Source: Eubacteriales bacterium
GTDB lineage: Bacteria; Bacillota; Clostridia; Oscillospirales; CAG-272
Assembly: GCA_045632405.1 (NCBI GenBank)
Contig: JAZQWO010000030.1
Span: 23,769 to 87,768, forward strand
Direction of reading: 5' to 3'
DNA: 64,000 bases
The notes under the pieces are model-generated. The model made no database searches. It saw only the letters and a program-made list of their open reading frames with translations, and had not been told where the DNA came from. Within the stretch, counting starts at the first letter, position 1; each line of letters begins with the position of its first letter. A program made the position numbers and the translations under genes. Below are positions 55,143 through 63,798 of the stretch, piece after piece.

Positions 55143-55792
55143 TTTTTTCTCCTTGATTCTTTTGCCTTAATTTTCTCAAGCCTTGCGCGAAGCTCCGCTA
55201 CCTTGGCAAAAACGTAATTATTTATTGCTTCAAGCTCTTCTCTTGTGGGAGTTCTGCGGTTTGATGTTATAAAGCCTGAGATATCTATTTCCTTGCCTAC
55301 TATAACTCTTGCGCGCTTAAAAAGACCGTAATTACCGTCTGTGACGATAGGTACTATGGGTGCGCCCGCACGGTAGGCAATAACAATATAGCTTTTTTTG
55401 AACTCATGCAGCTTGCCGTCGGGAGTGTTTTGCCCCTCGGGGTAAATCTGCACAAGCTGACCCTTTTTGATAACATCTGCCGCTATGTCCATAAAGCGCA
55501 TGCTTTTTGTTTCTCGGTTAGCCTCAATAGCGCCGAAAAAGCGCATACCGAAGCGGGTAATTCGGCTCTTGAAGGGCATTTCAGATGCAACCACATTTAA
55601 TTTCCTGGGAAATACAACAAATGAGGTCAAAACGTAATCAAACATATTATAGTGATTTGTTATTATCAGCTTGCCGCCCTTTTTTAGGTTTGTGCTTGCC
55701 TTATCCTCGTAGTAGGTTTTTCTCTTGAAGAAAAGCCACTGAATTGGATAGCCCAAAATCAAGCCTATAATACGAAAAATTTTATATATCAT
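55139..55792 (-). CDS. Lysophospholipid acyltransferase, PlsC/LPLAT family
   Basis: 217 aa. HX4D motif NHYNMFD and motif III YPEGQ, with an N-terminal hydrophobic segment. ATGA overlap with the downstream hydrolase and TAATG overlap with the upstream MFS gene. Confidence 0.8.
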   Translation of the reverse strand: MIYKIFRIIGLILGYPIQWLFFKRKTYYEDKASTNLKKGGKLIITNHYNMFDYVLTSFVVFPRKLNVVASEMPFKSRITRFGMRFFGAIEANRETKSMRFMDIAADVIKKGQLVQIYPEGQNTPDGKLHEFKKSYIVIAYRAGAPIVPIVTDGNYGLFKRARVIVGKEIDISGFITSNRRTPTREELEAINNYVFAKVAELRARLEKIKAKESRRKK

Positions 55793-57144
55793 TATTTTTT
55801 ATCGTTTTCGCCAAAGGATTCCTCTGAATTTTCCTTGCCCATATAAGCAATTTCGGGCTTAAAGGCAAAGGACATACCAAATGCGCTCATGCAGCAAACG
55901 GCAACGATAATAGGCAAGAGGGAAATAACGTTATTAGCCTTGAGTGCAACAAGAATCAAGCCTGTTGCAACACCTGCGGCAACGCCCTCGAAAAGACCCT
56001 GAACCGCAAAAAGCATGGATGCAATTTTTTTGCCTGATCTTTTTTCCTCATTAACTGCCAGATGTGATGGTACTGTATATGTGATTGAGAAAAACGCACC
56101 GATTGCAAAGGACACAAAAATGCCGCCGCAAATTGCCACCAAGGTGAGCTGCAATTCCGTCATATTATCGGAATTAATGTTGCAGAAGAACATGATGAGC
56201 ATACCTATTGAGAACACGGAAAGCACATATCTGTATGCAAAGCCAAGTCCTTTTTTCTTAACTATGTAGTTATAAAGAATAATGGTTAGCGGAACAGGCA
56301 CAAAGGATGACGCCATAACGAAGGTCATATTCAAGCCTGTTGAGGAAAACAGCTCGTTAATACCACCGAGGAAGAGCTGAAGACCGATTGTCATAACAGA
56401 GGATGTAAACATCCAATAAATGAACGGCTTATTTGTCATAGCGGTGCCAAGAGCCTTACCGAGTGTAAGAGCGCGCACGGACTTTTCGTCTCCGTCCTCG
56501 TTATGTTCCTTGAGCAAAAGCATAGGAATTATCATAGTCAAGGAAAGTGGCAAGAAAATGAGCGCTACTATACGAATGTTAATTCCCATTGAAACAAAAA
56601 CAGGAATCAACGCAAAGCCGAGAATGTAATATACTACATCGCACACAGATTTAATGTTGGACAAGTATACTGTGTCCTGCTCGTTTTGACAAACCTCGGA
56701 AAAGGTTGCGTAATATGTAAGCATTGTAAGTGTGTAGAAGGTGTAAAATACGCAAAGCATAACACCAAACCAAATGGTGTTTAAAATAGTTGCACCGCTG
56801 TTTAGTGGGAACAAAAATGCAACGTACGCCAAAACCATAGGTACGAAGCCTAAAACAAGCGCGGTTTTTCTTCTACCAAAGCGGGAATTGAGCTTGTCTG
56901 CAAATGTGGCGAGAGGCAAGTCGATGATGCCGTCAAGCGCCTTTGCAAGAAACACAAAAATTGCCCAAAGTCCTGCAACAACCAAGTCCTTGCTAAGATA
57001 CGTCCAAGACTCGATATGCTCATCAAAGCCACCAACAAGCAACGCACTGCAAAGATACGAGCCAACTATGAGTGTGAGCATGTTGACGCCCATACCCGAG
57101 CAGCCGTAAAGAGCCAATTTTTTTCTGTCTGTAATTTTTTTCAT
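55792..57144 (-). CDS. MFS transporter, glycoside-pentoside-hexuronide (GPH/MelB-like) type
   Basis: 450 aa from ATG 57144 (SD GAGGGAG; alternative ATG at 57165). 12 predicted TM helices. The loop 2-3 motif DGIIDLPLATFADKLNSRFGRRK is typical of GPH/MFS_2. Confidence 0.75.
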   Translation of the reverse strand: MKKITDRKKLALYGCSGMGVNMLTLIVGSYLCSALLVGGFDEHIESWTYLSKDLVVAGLWAIFVFLAKALDGIIDLPLATFADKLNSRFGRRKTALVLGFVPMVLAYVAFLFPLNSGATILNTIWFGVMLCVFYTFYTLTMLTYYATFSEVCQNEQDTVYLSNIKSVCDVVYYILGFALIPVFVSMGINIRIVALIFLPLSLTMIIPMLLLKEHNEDGDEKSVRALTLGKALGTAMTNKPFIYWMFTSSVMTIGLQLFLGGINELFSSTGLNMTFVMASSFVPVPLTIILYNYIVKKKGLGFAYRYVLSVFSIGMLIMFFCNINSDNMTELQLTLVAICGGIFVSFAIGAFFSITYTVPSHLAVNEEKRSGKKIASMLFAVQGLFEGVAAGVATGLILVALKANNVISLLPIIVAVCCMSAFGMSFAFKPEIAYMGKENSEESFGENDKK

Positions 57145-57157
57145 TTTTTCTCCCTCA

Positions 57158-58813
57158 TCATTCAAAAGTGACTGTCAAATCATAATTTGCTTCATAAGTT
57201 GGAATGACGGCTACCTCAACATCGTAGCCAAAGGCTTCTATTTTTTCGGAAAGCCACTCTGCTATTTCCTCGGAAATACTTTTGCCATAGAATAGACTGA
57301 CAACGCAATATTCATTTTTGCCAAGCATATTTTGCACAACACGCAGGGTAACATCCTCCAAGGTGGTGCTTACATCAAGAATTTGGTTGTTGGAAAGGGC
57401 GAAAAAATCCTTTTGCAGTATTCTCTTTTTACCAAAAACTCTATCTCTTGTAGCGCGGTAAATAGAAAGCTGATGCATGCCCGAAATCGTCTGATTTGAG
57501 GTATCAATTGCCTTTTGCAAGTCTCCCTCAAAATCCATAACGGACAAGGATGCGTAGCACTCTGCAAAGGAACGGCTATTCAACACCGCCACCTTAGCAT
57601 CGCGGCAAAGCTTGCACGCCTGCTTTGCTGACAAAATCGAATTGGAGCAATTTGGGAACACCAAAATTTTGTCCGCCAAGGTCAGCTTGAAGGCATCTAC
57701 AAAGTCCTGTGAGGATGGAGCGATTTCACTGAGAATAACAACATCTGCACCCATTTCAAAGAGTTTTTGCTGCGTTTCTCCGTTTGTAGCCACTGCCACA
57801 ACCGCAAAGCTTGCCTTTTCACGCTCAGGGTCGTAGAGGTATTTTTGCGTTTCCTCTTTTGACTTAGCCTTTTGCATCATATTTTGCACAGTCATATTAT
57901 CAATTTTAACAGTTAAAAGCTCACCGTGATTTTGCAGATATGACATAAGTCTGCCAAGGTCTTTAACGTGAACGTGTAGCTTAACCTTGTCGGTTTCCTG
58001 TGATGTAACAACACTTTCGCCAATGCCTGTTAAGGCTTTTGTGAATTCCTTCACATCAAAATTCTTTGTATCAACTGTTAGCTGAAGCAAGCCCTCGACG
58101 CAGTAGCCATATTCAAAAACAGTTTCCTTTGAGAATAGCCCTAAATCCAAAGGCTCACCTCTTGTGTCCTCACTCACCGACTTGGAGTCAAGCTCCTCAC
58201 CGTTCAAGAACTTCTGAACTCCCTCAAAGAAATAAACAATACCGCTACCGCCGCTATCAACAACGCTTGCCTTTTTGAGAATTGGCAATAGCTCAGGGGT
58301 GTTTTGAAGTGATATTCTCGCTTTGTCAAGAAAGGTATCTACTACCTTATGTATATCACTCAGTGGAAGTGCATCAATAACCGCAGATGAAGCATCCTTC
58401 AAGACCGTGAGCATCGTGCCCTCGACAGGGTTAGCAACAGATGCATATGCCTGATGACAGCCACATTGTAGCGCGTGGGCGAAGGCAACAGGGTCAGCCT
58501 CGTCTGCTCCGTCAAGCGCTTCTGCTATGCCCTTAAAAAACTGAGAAACAATAACTCCTGAGTTACCTCGCGCGCCAAATACCGCGCCTGAGGAGAAATG
58601 CTTTGCAATCTCTGACAGGGAGTCTGTTTTGTTTTTAATGGAATCAAAGCCGTATTTTAAGGTCATAACCATATTTGTTCCTGTATCACCGTCGGGAACA
58701 GGAAAAACATTCAGGTCGTTCAAAATGCTTCTGTGCCTGTCTAAATTTTTGATGCCGCTATTTAGCAAATCCACATAGTTGGCGCCTAAAATTTTAGTCA
58801 ACATATATTTCAC
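57158..58813 (-). CDS. DAK2 domain-containing protein, YloV/FakA (fatty acid kinase) family
   Basis: 551 aa. N-terminal LNDLNVFPVPDGDTGTNM is the Dak2 nucleotide-binding signature. Three-domain length matches YloV/FakA (~550 aa). Confidence 0.8.
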   Translation of the reverse strand: MKYMLTKILGANYVDLLNSGIKNLDRHRSILNDLNVFPVPDGDTGTNMVMTLKYGFDSIKNKTDSLSEIAKHFSSGAVFGARGNSGVIVSQFFKGIAEALDGADEADPVAFAHALQCGCHQAYASVANPVEGTMLTVLKDASSAVIDALPLSDIHKVVDTFLDKARISLQNTPELLPILKKASVVDSGGSGIVYFFEGVQKFLNGEELDSKSVSEDTRGEPLDLGLFSKETVFEYGYCVEGLLQLTVDTKNFDVKEFTKALTGIGESVVTSQETDKVKLHVHVKDLGRLMSYLQNHGELLTVKIDNMTVQNMMQKAKSKEETQKYLYDPEREKASFAVVAVATNGETQQKLFEMGADVVILSEIAPSSQDFVDAFKLTLADKILVFPNCSNSILSAKQACKLCRDAKVAVLNSRSFAECYASLSVMDFEGDLQKAIDTSNQTISGMHQLSIYRATRDRVFGKKRILQKDFFALSNNQILDVSTTLEDVTLRVVQNMLGKNEYCVVSLFYGKSISEEIAEWLSEKIEAFGYDVEVAVIPTYEANYDLTVTFE

Positions 58814-58820
58814 CTATAAG

Positions 58821-59753
58821 TTAATTTTCTGAAATAGCCAAGTCCATGGCTTCCTTTTCCTTCACGGAATTTTCGGTAACAGGCTCGCCCATAAAGTAGG
58901 AGCTGATCATACCCGGACCGATATTTGTGCCGCATCCGCTGAACACGTCACTGACAAAGACCTTTTTGCAAGGAATATTCTTCTCGATTTTTTCCTTGAG
59001 CAAATTAGCATATTCCTCTCTGTCGCTATGCATAATGAAAATGTACTGATTTTCAACATCGGTAGCCACGCGCTTGATATAAGACACAGTAACATCAAGT
59101 GCCTTTTTTATGCCCTTAACCTTTGCAAGCACGGAAACATAGCCGTCTGTGTTGGAGTCTCCCATTGGCTTAATACCAACAAGATTACCCATAAATGCCT
59201 TTCCGCTGGAAATCTGACCGCGACGGGCAATAAATGTAAGGTCGTCAATAGGACCCATTTGGTGTACTCTTTGCTTATTTTCCTCAAGCCAGGCAACTAT
59301 TTCCTCAAAGCTCTTGCCATTTTTCTTCATTTCGCAGGCATATGCCACCAAAAGACCGAAGGAGCCTGACATACGGTAAGAATCAAGACAGTATGTATCG
59401 ATATCAGGGTATTCCTCTTTAATGCGGTTCATAGCAGACACGGCGATATTATAGGTCGCGCTGATTTTTGAGGAAATGGACATGCTGATAATACCATAGC
59501 CCTCCTCTGCATACTTTTTGAATATCTGATAATACTCCTCAGGGCTTGCAGCCGCAGAGCTAACCTTATTTCTCTTGCTTGAAAGTGTTTTATAAAATTT
59601 ATCTCTTGTTATGTTAGTCCAGTCAAGAGATGTTCTTATACTGTCATCATTAATATGAACGTGTCCCTGTATGTAGTCGGTAAGACCAAAATAATCTCTT
59701 ATTTCCTGTGACAGGTCGCAGGTAACATCAGGTAAAATTACAAAATCCTTCAT
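58821..59753 (-). CDS. DegV family fatty-acid-binding protein (FakB-like)
   Basis: 310 aa. The pattern SSAAASPEEYYQIF...IISMSISSKISATYNIA...CLDSYRMSGSFGLLV is typical of DegV (TS.ps...f; lSs.lSgTy.sA; viDS...s.g.g). Confidence 0.85.
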   Translation of the reverse strand: MKDFVILPDVTCDLSQEIRDYFGLTDYIQGHVHINDDSIRTSLDWTNITRDKFYKTLSSKRNKVSSAAASPEEYYQIFKKYAEEGYGIISMSISSKISATYNIAVSAMNRIKEEYPDIDTYCLDSYRMSGSFGLLVAYACEMKKNGKSFEEIVAWLEENKQRVHQMGPIDDLTFIARRGQISSGKAFMGNLVGIKPMGDSNTDGYVSVLAKVKGIKKALDVTVSYIKRVATDVENQYIFIMHSDREEYANLLKEKIEKNIPCKKVFVSDVFSGCGTNIGPGMISSYFMGEPVTENSVKEKEAMDLAISEN

Positions 59754-59790
59754 TTATTAACTCCTTGTTAATTATTTAATGCCAGCTTAT

Positions 59791-59819
59791 ATTATAATAT
59801 ATATTTGAACAAATTACAA
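59791..59819 (-). promoter_or_regulatory. Sigma-A promoter of the degV/fakA operon
   Basis: On the minus strand: TTGTAA (59819..59814), 17 nt, TATAAT (59796..59791). Flanked by two copies of TGCCAGCTT (59780-88 and 59853-61 on the plus strand). Confidence 0.55.
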
Positions 59820-59920
59820 GTATTTTGTTACATTTTGTCGTTTGGTGCTCATTGCCAGCTTGAAAAAACAGTGAAAATTTACATAGGCTTTACATAACGC
59901 TGAAAAGTCCTTTAAGCATC

Positions 59921-59950
59921 AAAAAAGCCTCCTCACTTGGAGAAGACTTT
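59921..59950 (-). terminator. Probable terminator after ridA
   Basis: On the minus strand: AGUCUUCUC-caagu-GAGGAGGCU (9 bp including 2 G-U pairs) followed by UUUUU. Confidence 0.45.
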
Positions 59951-59958
59951 TTATGTAT

Positions 59959-60333
59959 TTAAATTTCTGCAATAACCTCAACCTCTACCAAAGCGCCCTT
60001 TGGCAAGTCCTTAACTGCAACGCAGCTTCTTGCAGGCTTTTCAGTAAAGTATTTTGCATATACCTCGTTGAAGGCGGCAAAGTCACTGATGTTTGCAAGG
60101 AAGCAGGTGGTTTTAATAGCCTTTTCAAAGCTTGAACCTGCCTCGCTAAGAACAGCGCCAAGATTTTTCATAACCTGCTCTGTTTGCTCGGTAATGGTTG
60201 TTGCTTCTATGTTACCTGTTTGTGGGTTAATCGGAATTTGGCCCGATGTGAAAAGCATATTGCCAAACACGATAGCCTGTGAATATGGACCTATTGCGCT
60301 TGGTGCTTTGTCGGTTGCTATTTTTTTCAACAT
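59959..60333 (-). CDS. ridA: RidA family reactive enamine/imine deaminase
   Basis: 124 aa. YjgF/UK114 pattern APSAIGPYSQA...GQIPINP...ARSCVAVKDLPKGALVEVE. Lies immediately downstream of threonine dehydratase. Confidence 0.85.
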   Translation of the reverse strand: MLKKIATDKAPSAIGPYSQAIVFGNMLFTSGQIPINPQTGNIEATTITEQTEQVMKNLGAVLSEAGSSFEKAIKTTCFLANISDFAAFNEVYAKYFTEKPARSCVAVKDLPKGALVEVEVIAEI

Positions 60334-60343
60334 AATATTCTCC

Positions 60344-61537
60344 TTAGATAAGCTTGAAGCCGAAGTCTGTCAAGCCCTTCTTGATTTCTTCTATATGCTC
60401 GTAATTTCTTGTTTCCATAACTATACGTAGATAGCATCCGTTAACGTCAGAGCCTTCATTTGCTCTTTCGTGGTGAACAGATGTAACATTGCCACCAAGG
60501 TCGGCAATAATGCGAGAAACGTTCTTCAACTGACCAGGCTTGTCTGCAAGCTCAACTGTGAGCTGACAGGTTCTTCCTGACATCAAAAGACCTCGCTTGA
60601 TTACTCTTGAAAGAATTGTAACGTCAATATTACCGCCTGAGCATAGACAAACAACCTTTTTGCCCTTGATGTCAACCTTGTTGAACATTGCGGCAGCAAC
60701 GGCAGTTGCGCCTGCGCCCTCTGTTACAAGCTTCTGCTGTTCCATAAGAGCCAAGATAGCTGCTGAAATTTCGTCATCTGTAACGGTAACAATTTTGTCA
60801 ACATATTTTTTACAAAGCTCATATGTAAGGTCGCCAGGCTTTTTAACCGCAATACCGTCAGCGATTGTGGAAACGCCTGCAAGCTCGATAATTTCACCGT
60901 TTTCGACGGATTTTGCCATAGATGGAGCGCCGCTTGCCTGTACACCGTAAACCTTAATGCTTGGATTGAGCATTTTAATTGTATAAGCAACACCGGCAAT
61001 AAGTCCGCCACCACCGATTGGTACAATAACCGCATCCATATCAGCAATCTGCTCCATCAATTCAAGAGCAATAGTGCCTTGACCTGCAATTACGTCAGGG
61101 TCATTGAATGGGTGAATAAAGGAATATCCGCACTCGTCACGAAGCTCAAGCGCCTTTTTGTAGGCATCGTCATAAACACCCTCAACCAAGCAAACCTCTG
61201 CGCCATAGCTTTTAGTTGCTTCAATTTTGGAAATGGGCGCACCGTCAGGCAAGCAAATAACTGCCTTGATGCCGTTTTTCTGTGCCGCCAAGGCAACACC
61301 CTGTGCGTGGTTACCCGCTGAGCAAGCAATAACTCCCTTTGCCTTTTCCTCAGCGGACAGGGTTGTCATTTTATAGTATGAGCCGCGGATTTTGAAGGAG
61401 CCTGTTATTTGCAGGTTCTCTGTTTTCAAGTATATATCTGCGTCCTTATTCAGCTTAGGTGCGCGGATTACGTCTGTTTTGCGAATTACACCCTTTAGGG
61501 CATAGCTTGCACGATATACATTATCAAGTGTTAACAT
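60344..61537 (-). CDS. ilvA: Threonine ammonia-lyase (threonine dehydratase) with C-terminal ACT-like domain
   Basis: 397 aa. PLP-lysine motif TGSFKIRGS, GNHAQG and PIGGGGLIAG. The short regulatory C-terminus is of the 'biosynthetic short' type. Confidence 0.85.
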   Translation of the reverse strand: MLTLDNVYRASYALKGVIRKTDVIRAPKLNKDADIYLKTENLQITGSFKIRGSYYKMTTLSAEEKAKGVIACSAGNHAQGVALAAQKNGIKAVICLPDGAPISKIEATKSYGAEVCLVEGVYDDAYKKALELRDECGYSFIHPFNDPDVIAGQGTIALELMEQIADMDAVIVPIGGGGLIAGVAYTIKMLNPSIKVYGVQASGAPSMAKSVENGEIIELAGVSTIADGIAVKKPGDLTYELCKKYVDKIVTVTDDEISAAILALMEQQKLVTEGAGATAVAAAMFNKVDIKGKKVVCLCSGGNIDVTILSRVIKRGLLMSGRTCQLTVELADKPGQLKNVSRIIADLGGNVTSVHHERANEGSDVNGCYLRIVMETRNYEHIEEIKKGLTDFGFKLI

Positions 61538-61549
61538 AAATTTTCCTCT

Positions 61550-62725
61550 TTAAAGTAAGGTGTTTATAAATTGCTCCGCACAGCGAGCTGAGCGATAGCC
61601 TCTGTTCAAGGCAAATGCTTCTGCCTTTATATCAAGCTCATCCTCATCCATTAGCACTCCGTGGCGCTCAGCAAGCTCGTGCACTATTTCGAGATAAAGC
61701 TTTTTGTCCGGCTTTGCAAAGCGAATTGTCAAGCCAAAGCGCTCGGACAGTGACAGAGTTTCCTGCACTGTGTCATTTCTGTGTATATCTCCGCCCTCGC
61801 GCTCAGAAAAGCTTTCCTTCACGATATGGCGGCGATTGCTTGTTGCATAAATAACCGCATTTTTGGCTTTTGCGGAGGCTGAGCCCTCAAGGGTTGCCTT
61901 GAGCATACTGAAGTTATCGTCATTCTGATTAAATGACAAATCATCAATGAAAATAATAAACTTGAGTGGATTTTTGCTAATTTCAGCCATCACCTTAGGA
62001 AGTAACAGAAGCTGAGTTTTGCGAATTTCCACTAAGCGAAGCCCCTCATCAAAGAAATGATTTGCAACAGCCTTAACCGTTGAGGACTTGCCTGTACCCG
62101 CATCACCGTAAAGCAAAATGTTTGAAGCACTTCTGCCCTCGATAAACGACATCGTATTATCGATCACTCTTTGGCGCTCCTCTTGATAGCCGATAAAGTC
62201 TGCAATTGTTGTTTCGTCCGCAGTTGCAACAGGAACAACCGCCCCTGTGTCTGTAACAGAGAACATACAGTTAGCGGTAAAGATGCCGTAGCCGTACTTT
62301 TCAATACTCTTCAAGCGCTTCAAATACTCACCGTACAAATCCTCCTTGTGACTATCAAAGGACGGCAAAAATCCATTGTAGCCCATATCAGCTGCAAAGT
62401 CGTAGCTTGTCAAGCAAGCAAATTCTGAAAGGACTGAAAGCTCATTTTTCACTGCTAACTCAATGTTTTTATTGATTGGCTTTTTTGCGCTGACCGCTTT
62501 AACGTACACATTTGGGTCTTCAAAGGTAATGCGCTTGATATAAGCGGTTAAGTCCGCGCCGTGCGAATATAAGTTATTTACAAATTCGCCGTACTTTCTG
62601 ATTTTCTCGTCCCCTTCTCTTTCCTTTACGTACTCGCGGAATTTTTTGAATATTGTTTTCATAAAAACTCCGTTAAACACGGAAAAAGTGGCAAGACGTG
62701 TGTATAATTCGTTAATTTTCGACAT
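61550..62725 (-). CDS. DUF815-type AAA ATPase of unknown function
   Basis: 391 aa. Walker A LLYGDAGTGKSSTVKA and Walker B FIIFIDDLSF. The ~170-aa N-terminal extension has no motif I recognise. Confidence 0.65.
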   Translation of the reverse strand: MSKINELYTRLATFSVFNGVFMKTIFKKFREYVKEREGDEKIRKYGEFVNNLYSHGADLTAYIKRITFEDPNVYVKAVSAKKPINKNIELAVKNELSVLSEFACLTSYDFAADMGYNGFLPSFDSHKEDLYGEYLKRLKSIEKYGYGIFTANCMFSVTDTGAVVPVATADETTIADFIGYQEERQRVIDNTMSFIEGRSASNILLYGDAGTGKSSTVKAVANHFFDEGLRLVEIRKTQLLLLPKVMAEISKNPLKFIIFIDDLSFNQNDDNFSMLKATLEGSASAKAKNAVIYATSNRRHIVKESFSEREGGDIHRNDTVQETLSLSERFGLTIRFAKPDKKLYLEIVHELAERHGVLMDEDELDIKAEAFALNRGYRSARCAEQFINTLL

Positions 62726-62729
62726 ATTA

Positions 62730-63797
62730 TTAAAGATTTTCTATTATCTTGTCTGTGATTTCGGTTGTGGAAAGTGATGGTGCACCGTGAGCAAGGTCTG
62801 CTGTTCTGTAGCCTGCTTCAAGCACCTTATCAACCGCATTTACAATAGCGTCACTCTCTGCCTTTAAATTGAAGGAGTAAAGAAGCATCATAGCGGCTGA
62901 CAAAATAGTTGCGATTGGGTTAGCAATATTCTTGCCTGCAATATCAGGGGCAGAGCCGTGAATAGGCTCATAAAGTCCTCTTGTAGAATAGCCGAGAGAT
63001 GCAGATGGAAGCATACCGATTGAGCCTGTAATCTGTGAAGCCTCGTCAGACAAAATGTCACCAAACATATTTGTAGTAACAATTACATCAAACTGTGCAG
63101 GGTTGCGAACAAGCTGCATAGCCGCATTGTCAACGAGCATATCTGCACACTCAACATCTGGGTACTGTGACTCCATTTCGTGCACAATCTTTCTCCAAAG
63201 GCGTGAAGAGTCAAGAACGTTTGCTTTGTCAATGCTTGTTAGCCTCTTGCCCCTCTTTTGTGCCGCCTCATAGGCTACCTTGCAAATTCTTTCAATTTCC
63301 ATACGGGAATAGCACTCTGTGTCGTAGGCTTCCTCACCGTACTTGCCTACTCTCATTCCGCGCTCACCAAAGTAGATGCCGCCTGTTAGCTCGCGGACAA
63401 TCAAAATATCAAAGCCGTTTGCAACAATATCCTCACGAAGTGGGCAATCTCCCTTTAATGCAGGATAAAGCTTAGCAGGGCGGAGATTTGTAAAAAGCTC
63501 CATAGCTGAACGAATACCGAGAAGTGCCTTTTCCGGACGCATATTGCCAGGAAGTGTGTCCCATTTCGGTCCGCCAACAGCGCCGAGCAGCACACTGTCA
63601 GATGCCAAGCAGCCGTCAACTGTTTCCTGTGGGAGTGGTGCGCCTGTTGCGTCAATAGCACATCCGCCTATTAAATACGGAGTAAAATTAAACACGTGTC
63701 CGTACTTTTTGCCGACAACCTCTAAAACGCGAACTGCACTGTCAACAATTTCAGGACCTATTCCGTCACCCTTTAATAATGCTATATTGTAATTCAT
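62730..63797 (-). CDS. leuB: 3-isopropylmalate dehydrogenase
   Basis: 355 aa from ATG 63797 (1 nt after the leuD stop; the ORF-track start at 63848 would overlap leuD). [14 protein letters not shown] and [12 protein letters not shown]. Confidence 0.9.
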   Translation of the reverse strand: MNYNIALLKGDGIGPEIVDSAVRVLEVVGKKYGHVFNFTPYLIGGCAIDATGAPLPQETVDGCLASDSVLLGAVGGPKWDTLPGNMRPEKALLGIRSAMELFTNLRPAKLYPALKGDCPLREDIVANGFDILIVRELTGGIYFGERGMRVGKYGEEAYDTECYSRMEIERICKVAYEAAQKRGKRLTSIDKANVLDSSRLWRKIVHEMESQYPDVECADMLVDNAAMQLVRNPAQFDVIVTTNMFGDILSDEASQITGSIGMLPSASLGYSTRGLYEPIHGSAPDIAGKNIANPIATILSAAMMLLYSFNLKAESDAIVNAVDKVLEAGYRTADLAHGAPSLSTTEITDKIIENL

Positions 63798-63798
63798 T

